From positions 2,914,001 to 2,978,000 of the forward strand of contig OZ024766.1 of NCBI GenBank assembly GCA_964016885.1: a stretch of DNA of 64,000 bases, written 5' to 3'. Within the stretch, counting starts at the first letter, position 1, and each line of letters opens with the position of its first letter. The notes beneath the pieces were generated by a model, which did no database searches, was not told where the DNA came from, and worked only from the letters and a program-made list of their open reading frames with translations. This DNA is from Eledone cirrhosa (Eukaryota). A program made the translations under genes and the position numbers. Positions 49,185-64,000 of this stretch are shown here, piece after piece.

Positions 49185-50725
49185 CTGGTAAACGGAAGGG
49201 TATCTCAGGGTTCACAGTTAAATAGTTTTATCACCAGTGTGTGTGTTTCTGTCTAAGTTTCTGTTAGTCACAAAATATTTCCCACATGTTTCACTGGGGA
49301 AGGTCCTTTTTCTGCAGTCTGACTATGTGGCCAACATGAGTAGAATTCTAAATAAAAGATGTCCCAACATGTTTCACACTGGAAGTTTCTTTCCCCCAAT
49401 CTGAATAAAAGATTTCCAACATGTTTCACAGTGGAAGTTTCTTTCCTCCAGTCTGAATAAAAGATTTCAATCATGTTTCACAGTGGAAGTTTCTTTCCTC
49501 CAGTCTGAATAAAAGATTTCAATCATGTTTCACAGTGGAAGTTTCTTTCCTCCAGTCTGAAGACATATATGTTTATTAAGTACCAAACTATCTGTAAAAG
49601 ATTTCTCACATTTTTCACATGATAGGTTTTTCTTCAAAATGTTCTTTTGTGTCTTTGTAACCATTTGTAACAAAACCTTTCCAATATATTTAAAAAAATA
49701 TGGTTTTTCTCCAGTGTGTCTGTTCTTTTGTGTAAATGACCATTTGTAACAAAATATAAACCCCATATTTCTAAATGATATCGGTTTTCTCCAGTGTGTT
49801 CTTTGAAAAACATTGATTTTGACATAACATTTCCCACATTTTTAACAGGGATATGATTTTTCTGCAGTATGTGTTGTTTTTTTTTGTCTTCAAATGATTG
49901 TTTTTCATGAAAGATTACCCACACATTTCATAGTGGCAAAGTTTTTTCCTCCAGTGTCAAACAAAAGGAGAATTTCAAGTGAACAGATCACCACATATTT
50001 CACAGTGATGTTTGTGCTTATTTAAATCACTGCACCTGAACATATTTCACAATGGAAGTGTTTGTTTTTATGTGAACAGTTAAACTAGTTTTCAAGAAAA
50101 CATTACCCACACATTTCACAGTGATAGGGTTTTTCTCCAGTGTTACTACGTATGTCTCGAATAAGATGAGAATTTCAACATATCAACTTACTATATATTT
50201 CATTGATGTTGTTTATTCCCACTGTGTTTATTTATGTTTATATAAATCGCTGCAACTCACACATTTCACAACGGAAGTGTTTTTCTCCAGTGTCACTATG
50301 TATATTGTCAAGAAGATTAGATATACTAATGAAAGACTTATTATATAGTGATATTGATTCTCTCCAGTGTGTGTACTTTTGTGAAAAATTAAATAAGAGC
50401 TTCAGCCAAAACATTTCCTTCATATTTCACAACGGAAAGGTTTTTTTCCAGTGTGTTCTTTTATGTACTGTTAAATCACTGCTTTTAATAAAAGGTGTAT
50501 CACATACTGCACAATGATACGGCTTTTTCCCCAGTGTGACATCATATTTGGCTATAATTCTGAGTGAAAGATTTCACAGTGATAGGGTTTGTCTTTAATA
50601 TGTATGAGTTTGTGTGTGGATATTTCATCTTCTGATGAGAATGTTTTCCAACAAATCTCACAGCTATATTCAAAAATATTTCTATCTAATAAATCTTGTT
50701 CAGTACATGTTTCATTGCGGAAGGG
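49185..50725 (-). pseudogene. Decayed tail downstream of B8
   Basis: Homologous to the other tails, with an extra 52-bp repeat unit. Confidence 0.8.
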
Positions 50726-52756
50726 TTATTCCCCAGTGTGAATACGTATGTGATCATTAAATATCCAACTCTCACGAAAAGATTTCCCACATATTTCACA
50801 ATGGAAGGGTTTCTCCCTAGTGTGTATTCTTTTATGTTCAATTAAAATAGAGCTTTGGACAAAAGATTTTCCACATATTTCACAATGGAAGGGTTTCTCT
50901 CCAATGTGTGTTCTCATGTGTGTAGATAATTGACTGCTTCTACCAAAACATTTCCCACATATTTCACAATGGAAGGGTTTCTCTCCAGTGTGTGTTCTTA
51001 TGTGTCTCGGTAAATCGCTGCTAGACACAAAAGATTTCCCACATATTTCACAATGGAAGCGTTTCTCTCCAGTGTGTCTACGTTTGTGTTTATTCAAGTT
51101 AGAGCGAAGGACAAAAGATTTCCCACATATTTCACAAAGGAAGGGTTTTTCCCCAGTGTGACTACGTATGTGGCTAACAAGAGCGGATTTCCGAGGGAAA
51201 GATTTCCCACATATTTCACAATGGAAGGGTTTCTCCCCAGTGTGGCTACATATGTGGCTAACAAGATGGGATTTCTCAGTGAAAGATTTCCCACATATTT
51301 CACAATGGAAGGGTTTCTCCCCAGTGTGACTACGTATGTGGATAACAAGAGCGGATTTGTGAGGGAAACAATTCCCACATATTTCACAATGGAAGGGTTT
51401 CTCCCCAGTGTGACTACGTATGTGGATAACAAGAGAGGATTTCTCAGTGAAAGATTTCCCACATATTTCACAATGGAAGGGTTTCTCCCCAGTGTGTATT
51501 CTTTTGTGTTTAGTCAAATAATTCCTTCGAACAAAACATTTCCCACATATTTCACAATGGAAGGGTTTTTCCCCAGTGTGACTACGTATGTGGCTAACAA
51601 GAACGGATTTGTGAGGGAAAGATTTCCCACATATTTCACAATGAAAGGGTTTTTCCCCAGTGTGACTACGCATGTGGCTAACAAGATTGTGTTCCTGAGT
51701 GAAAGATTTCCCACATATTTCACAATGGAAGGGTTTCTCACCAGTGTGTGTTCTTATGTGTCTCGATAAATCGATGTTAATCATAAAAGATTTCCCACAT
51801 ATTTCACAATGGAAGGGTTTTTCCCTAGTGTGACTACGTATGTGGCTAACAAGAGAGGATTTGTGAGGGAAACATTTCCCACATATTTCACAATGAAAGG
51901 GTTTTTCCCCAGTATGACTACGCATGTGTCTAACAAGATTGGGTTCCTGAGCGAAAGATTTCCCACATATTTCACAATGGAAGGGTTTTTCCCCAGTGTG
52001 ACTACGTATGTGGATAACAAGAGAGGATTTGTGAGGGAAACATTTCCCACATATTTCACAATGAAAGGGTTTTTCCCCAGTGTGACTACGCATGTGGCTA
52101 ACAAGAACGGATTTGTGAGGGAAAGATTTCCCACATATTTCACAATGAAAGGGTTTTTCCCCAGTATGACTACGCATGTGTCTAACAAGATTGGGTTCCT
52201 GAGCGAAAGATTTCCCACATATTTCACAATGGAAGGGTTTTTCCCCAGTGTGACTACGTATGTGGCTAACAAGAGAGGATTTGTGAGGGAAACATTTCCC
52301 ACATATTTCACAATGAAAGGGTTTTTCCCCAGTGTGACTACGCATGTGGCTAACAAGATTGTGTTCCTGAGTGAAAGATTTCCCACATATTTCACATTTG
52401 AAGGGTTTCTCTCCTGTGTGTGTTCTTTTGTGTCGTGACAGAGTAGAATTACGACCAAAATATTTCCCACATATTTCACATTTGAAGGGTTTCTCTCCTC
52501 TGTGTGTTTTTTTGTGTCTACATAAATCACGGTTACAGACAAAAGATTTCCCACATGTCTCACAGTGTTTGTGTGTAGATAAATCATCTTCTGATGAGAA
52601 AGTTTTCCTACAAATGTCACAGCTATATTCAGGAATATTTCTGTGTAATGATCCTTGTTCAGTACACGTTTCACTACGTAAAGGTTTCTCACCACTGTAT
52701 GTCTGTGTAACTGTATCTATATTGGTAGAAATGTCCAAGTGTTTAACGTCTTCCAT
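50726..52756 (-). CDS. C2H2 zinc-finger protein B8 (676 aa, 22 canonical fingers)
   Basis: ATG at 52756. Intact array ending [15 protein letters not shown]. Confidence 0.92.
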   Translation of the reverse strand: MEDVKHLDISTNIDTVTQTYSGEKPLRSETCTEQGSLHRNIPEYSCDICRKTFSSEDDLSTHKHCETCGKSFVCNRDLCRHKKTHRGEKPFKCEICGKYFGRNSTLSRHKRTHTGEKPFKCEICGKSFTQEHNLVSHMRSHTGEKPFHCEICGKCFPHKSSLVSHIRSHTGEKPFHCEICGKSFAQEPNLVRHMRSHTGEKPFHCEICGKSFPHKSVLVSHMRSHTGEKPFHCEICGKCFPHKSSLVIHIRSHTGEKPFHCEICGKSFAQEPNLVRHMRSHTGEKPFHCEICGKCFPHKSSLVSHIRSHTREKPFHCEICGKSFMINIDLSRHIRTHTGEKPFHCEICGKSFTQEHNLVSHMRSHTGEKPFHCEICGKSFPHKSVLVSHIRSHTGEKPFHCEICGKCFVRRNYLTKHKRIHTGEKPFHCEICGKSFTEKSSLVIHIRSHTGEKPFHCEICGNCFPHKSALVIHIRSHTGEKPFHCEICGKSFTEKSHLVSHICSHTGEKPFHCEICGKSFPRKSALVSHIRSHTGEKPFLCEICGKSFVLRSNLNKHKRRHTGEKRFHCEICGKSFVSSSDLPRHIRTHTGEKPFHCEICGKCFGRSSQLSTHMRTHIGEKPFHCEICGKSFVQSSILIEHKRIHTREKPFHCEICGKSFRESWIFNDHIRIHTGE

Positions 52757-53672
52757 TGTAATTCTTGAAGAATTCTCAAAACTCGAGAAGAGATATGACA
52801 ATGTAGGAGTGATTTGGGGTAATAAATGGTCCTCTATGTACTTATATATATATGATCGGGTGTATATCGATGTATATAGGAGCAGTCCTAACAAATCCGG
52901 TTTACCATGGAGTGTAGAAAAGCACACAATATCTGCTGTGTTAACAATACAAATAATACGTACTTTATATTTCAAGTTCAAATGTAAAGTCAAGAAAGAC
53001 CAGGAAAGCTAATTGTTCAGATGTTGGTGATTTAAACCTATTTCTCTCTGTCCTGTAAAATGTGGAACAACCAATTCACGATGTAGCGTAGTTTCTCATG
53101 AAATGAAATATTTAATCATGTAGGAGATGGAACACCTACCCAGGAACATGTAGCTCACTCTATGTTATCTACAGAATATTAACTTTCATCTTAACATAAG
53201 ATAATTACTCCACAAGATCTAATTAGATTAATTAAAGTATAATTAAGATAGCAGGTGCGTGATGTTGTTGTAAATATTTCTCTTTCCGGTTTGTGACCGG
53301 TGTCATATGTTAAAAGTCCCTGAGATAATTTAATACATTTAGGAACACCTTCAGTTATATCAATTCACTCCATCAATTGTATCCAACCCAAGGTAAAAGC
53401 AACAATGTCACCCAGTAATATATAATAATAACATATCAACGAGGGAGTGTCTTACCTTTCTACTTAACCTGTTAGAAATAGCAGCCAAATCACACTCTAC
53501 TGTCTTAAAACAAGGGAATAACACATTCGGCAGTTTAGTCGCATATATTTTTCTTAGGGCCTTGTGGTGTGTGGCTGATTGTCACATTCGGTGGTGAATT
53601 GTTGTCATTAAAAAAAAACCAATAACACAGCACTTGTTAAATGACATACAATATGAGACCAATATTTGACAA

Positions 53673-54132
53673 TATTGGTGCTGCTTTCTAATATTTCTGA
53701 GACAAGACACTCACAGCATTAGTTCAGGTGATAGAGGGTCCCTCAATTACACACTACAACAGGGAATGTTGGTGTTGACACCTAACATATCTGAGACAAG
53801 ACACTCACAGCATTTGTTCAGGTGATAGAGAGTCCCTCAATTACACACCACAACAGGGAATGTTGGTGTTGACCCCTAACATATCTGATACAAGACACTC
53901 ACAGCATTTGTTCAGGTGATAGAGGGTCCCTCAATTACACACCACAACAGTGAATGTTGGTGTTGACCCCTAACATATCTGATACAAGACACATCATTAC
54001 CTCAGGTGATAGAGGGTCCCTCAATTACACACCACAACAGGGGATGTTGGTTTGACCACTAACATATCTGATACAAGACACATTATTACCTCAGGTGATA
54101 GAGGGTCCCTCAATTACACATTACAACAAGGA
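53673..54132. repeat. 90/94-bp minisatellite, 5 copies
   Basis: Five cores counted. Confidence 0.9.
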
Positions 54133-54269
54133 ATTTTATCTATTGCAAACAAAGGAAAAAGAAAAAGAATTTTGCAATTATATGATTCAAGTTAGAAATA
54201 TATTTAAGAAATGGTGTCTGTAGAAGTGTTATGGTTACATTTTAGATGTTGGTGGACAATAAGTTTAGA

Positions 54270-56980
<2,711 letters not shown>

Positions 56981-57896
56981 TGTAATTCTTGAAGAATTCT
57001 CAAAACTCGAGAAGAGATATGACAATGTACGAGTGATTTGGGGTAAGAAATGGTCCTCTATGTACTTATATATGTATATGATCTGGTGTGTATCGCTGTA
57101 TATAGGAGCAGTCCTAACAAATCCGGTTTACCACGAAAAGTAGAAAAGTACACAATATCTGCTGTTAACAATACAAATAATACGTACTTTATATTTCAAG
57201 TTCAAATGTAAAGTCAAGAAAGACCAGGAAAGATAACTGTTCAGATGTTGGTGATTTAAACCTATTTCTCACTGTCCTGTAAAATGTGGAACAACCAATT
57301 CACGATTTAGCGTAGTTTCTCATGAAATGAAATATTTAATCATGTAGGAGATGGAACACCTACCCAGGAACATGTAGCTCACTCTATGTTATCTACAGAA
57401 TATTAACTTTCACTTTAACATGAGATAATTGCTACACAAGATATAATTAGATTAATTAAAGTATAATTAAGATAGCAGGTACGTGATATGGTTGTGAATA
57501 TTTCTCTTTCCGGTTTGTGACCGGTGTCATATGTTAAAAGTTCCTGAGATAATTTAATACATTTAGGAACACCTTCAGTTATATCAATTCACTCCATCAA
57601 TTGTATCCAACCCAAGGTAAAAGCAACAATGTCACCCAGTAATATATAATAACAACATATCAACGAAGGAGTGTCTTACCTTTCTACTTAACCTGTTAGA
57701 AATAGCAGCCAAATCACACTCTACTGTCTTAAAACAAGGGAATAACACATTCGGCAGTTTAGTCGTATATATTTTCCTTAGGGCCTTGTAGTGTGTGGCT
57801 GATTGTCACACTCGGTGGTGAATTGTTGTCATTATAAAAAAAACAATAACACAGCACTTGTTAAATGACATACAATATGAGACCAATATTTGACAA

Positions 57897-58170
57897 TATT
57901 GGTGCTGCTTTCTAATATTTCTGAGACAGGATACTCACAGCATTAGTTCAGGTGATAGAGGGTCCCTCAATTACACACCACAACAGGGGATGTTGGTGTT
58001 GACCCCTAACATATCTGAGACAAGACACATCATTACCTCAGGTGATAGAGAGTCCCTCAATTACAAATTACAACAGGGAATGTTGGTGTTGACACCTAAC
58101 ATATCTGATACAAGACACATTATTACCTCAGGTGATAGAGGGTCCCTCAATTACACATTACAACAGGGAA
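57897..58170. repeat. 90/94-bp minisatellite, 3 copies
   Basis: Three cores counted. Confidence 0.88.
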
Positions 58171-58309
58171 TTTTAGCTATTGCAAACAAAGAAAAAAGAA
58201 AAAGAATTTTGCAATTATATCATGATTCTAGTTAGAAATATATTTAAGAAATGAAGTCTGTAGAAGTGTTATGGTTACATTTTAGATGTTGGTGGACAAT
58301 AAGTTTAGA

Positions 58310-61187
<2,878 letters not shown>

Positions 61188-62105
61188 TGTAATTCTTGAA
61201 GAATTCTCAAAACTCGAGAAGAGATATGACAATGTACGAGTGATTTGGGGTAAGAAATGGTCCTCTATGTACTTATATATGTATATGATCTGGTGTGTAT
61301 CGCTGTATATAGGAGCAGTCCTAACAAATCCGGTTTACCACGAAAAGTAGAAAAGTACACAATATCTGCTGTGTTAACAATACAAATAATACGTACTTTA
61401 TATTTCAAGTTCAAATGTAAAGTCAAGAAAGACCAGGAAAGCTAATTGTTCAGATGTTGGTGATTTAAACCTATTTCTCACTGTCCTGTAAAATGTGGAG
61501 CAACCAATTCACGATTTAGCGTAGTTTCTCATGAAATGAAATATTTAATCATGTAGGAGATGGAACACCTACCCAGGATCATGTAGCTCACTCTATGTTA
61601 TCTACAGAATATTAACTTTCACTTTAACATGAGATAATTGCTACACAAGATATAATTAGATTAATTAAAGTATAATTAAGATAGCAGGTACGTGATATGG
61701 TTGTGAATATTTCTCTTTCCGGTTTGTGACCGGTGTCATATGTTAAAAGTTCCTGAGATAATTTAATACATTTAGGAACACCTTCAGTTATATCAATTCA
61801 CTCCATCAATTGTATCCAACCCAAGGTAAAAGCAACAATGTCACCCAGTAATATATAATAATAACATATCAACGAGGGAGTGTCTTACCTTTCTACTTAA
61901 CCTGTTAGAAATAGCAGCCAAATCACACTCTACTGTCTTAAAACAAGGGAATAACACATTCGGCAGTTTAGTCGTATATATTTTCCTTAGGGCCTTGTAG
62001 TGTGTGGCTGATTGTCACACTCGGTGGTGAATTGTTGTCATTATAAAAAAAACAATAACACAGCACTTGTTAAATGACATACAATATGAGACCAATATTT
62101 GACAA

Positions 62106-62380
62106 TATTGGTGCTGCTTTCTAATATTTCTGAGACAGGATACTCACAGCATTAGTTCAGGTGATAGAGGGTCCCTCAATTACACACCACAACAGGGGAT
62201 GTTGGTGTTGACCCGTAACATATCTGAGACAAGACACATCATTACCTCAGGTGATAGAGAGTCCCTCAATTACAAATTACAACAGGGAATGTTGGTGTTG
62301 ACCCCTAACATATCTGATACAAGACACATTATTACCTCAGGTGATAGAGGGTCCCTCAATTACACATTACAACAGGGAAT
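62106..62380. repeat. 90/94-bp minisatellite, 3 copies
   Basis: Three cores counted. Confidence 0.88.
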
Positions 62381-62519
62381 TTTAGCTATTGCAAACAAAG
62401 AAAAAAGAAAAAGAATTTTGCAATTATATCATGATTCTAGTTAGAAATATATTTAAGAAATGAAGTCTGTAGAAGTGTTATGGTTACATTTTAGATGTTG
62501 GTGGACAATAAGTTTAGAC

Positions 62520-64000
62520 TGGTAAAAGGAAGGGTATTTCAGGGTTCACAGTTAAATAGTTTTATCACCAGTGTGTGTGTTTCTGTCTAAGTTTCTGTTA
62601 GTCACAAAATATTTCCCACATGTTTCACTGGGGAAGGCCCTTTTTCTGCAGTCTGACTATGTGGCCAACATGAGTAGAATTCTAAATAAAAGATGTCTCA
62701 ACATGTTTCACACTGGAAGTTTCTTTCCCCCAATCTGAATAAAAGATTTCCAACATGTTTCCCAGTGGAAGTTTCTTTCCTCCAGTCTGAATAAAAGATT
62801 TCCATCATGTTTCACAGTGGAAGTTTCTTTCCTCCAGTCTGAAGACATATATGTTTATTAAGTACCAAACTATCTGTAAAAGATTTCTCACATTTTTCAC
62901 TTGATAGGTTTTTCTTCAAAGTGTTCTTTTGTGTCTTTCTAACCATTTGTAACAAAACCTTTCCAATATATTAAAAAAAATATGGTTTTTCTCCAGTATG
63001 TGTGTTCTTTTGTGTAAATGACCATTTGTAACAAAATATAAATCCCATATTTCTAAATGATATCGGTTTTCTCCGGTGTGTTCTTTGAAAAACACTGATT
63101 TTGACATAACATTTCCCACATTTTTAACAGGGATATGATTTTTCTGCAGTATGTGTTGTTTTTTTTTGTCTTCAAATGATTGTTTTCATGAAAGATTACC
63201 CACACATTTCATAGTGGCAAAGTTTTTTCCTCCAGTGTCAAACAAAATGAGAATTTCAAGTGAACACATCACCACATATTTCACAGTGATGTTTGTGCTT
63301 ATTTAAATCACTGCACCTGACAAAATATTTCTCACATATTTCACATTGGAAGTGTTTGTTTTTATGTGAACAGTTAAACTAGTTTTCAAGAAAACATTAC
63401 CCACACATTTCACAGTGATAGGGTTTTTCTCCAGTGTTACTACGTATGTCTCGAATAAGATGAGAATTTCAACATATCAACTTACTACATATTTCATTGA
63501 TGTTGTTTATTCCCAGTGTGTTCATTTATGTTTATATAAATCCCTGCAACTCACACATTTCACAACAGAAGTGTTTTTCTCCAGTGTCACTATGTATATT
63601 GTCAAGAAGATTAGATTTACTAATGAAAGACTTATTATATAGTGATATTGATTCTCTCCAGTGTGTGTACTTTTGTGAAAAATTAAATGAGAACTACAGC
63701 CAAAACATTTCCTTCATATTTCACAACGGAAAGGTTTTTTTCCAGTGTGTTCTTTTATGTACTGTTAAATCACTGCTTTTAATAAAAGGTGTATCACATA
63801 CTGCACAATGATACGGCTTTTTCCCCAGTGTGACATCATATATGTAATTCTGAGTGAAAGATTTCACAGTGATAGGGTTTGTCTTTAATATGTATGAGTT
63901 TGTGTGTGGATATTTCATCTTCTGATAAGAATGTTTTCCAACAAATCTCACAGCTATATTCAGGAATATTTCTATCTAATAATTCTTGTTCAGTACATGT
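62520..64000 (-). pseudogene. Decayed tail of an eleventh B unit whose CDS lies beyond the right edge
   Basis: Near-identical to 58310-59790 (offset 4209). Confidence 0.8.

Overview
Eukaryotic, AT-rich DNA. The repeat families (tRNA-type SINEs with (ATG)n tails, RTE-LINE fragments, TA/CA microsatellites) and the effector-less C2H2 genes suggest a coleoid cephalopod, probably Octopus (inference). The window is part of a tandem C2H2 zinc-finger gene cluster with all genes on the minus strand. From left to right: (1) the upstream end of a family-B unit (1-~390); (2) a 66-bp satellite of ~39 copies with higher-order structure; (3) two paralogous two-exon, 14-finger genes (family A) whose introns carry different TEs; (4) a TE-rich spacer with a 173-bp inverted repeat carrying a Penelope-type minimal hammerhead-ribozyme-like motif; (5) from ~17.4 kb to the end, a head-to-tail array of 4.0-5.1 kb units (family B: ten CDSs starting MEDVK, plus the tail of an eleventh). 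Each B unit has a conserved N-terminal module, a reshuffled array of about 10-24 fingers, a decayed second copy of the N-module plus fingers just past the stop codon, and a variable-copy 90/94-bp minisatellite. Three B copies repeat at exactly 4554 bp and share one frameshift. Most ORF-track starts are TTG/GTG, so I moved CDS starts to the first in-frame ATG. Splice structures are inferred from sequence motifs only.
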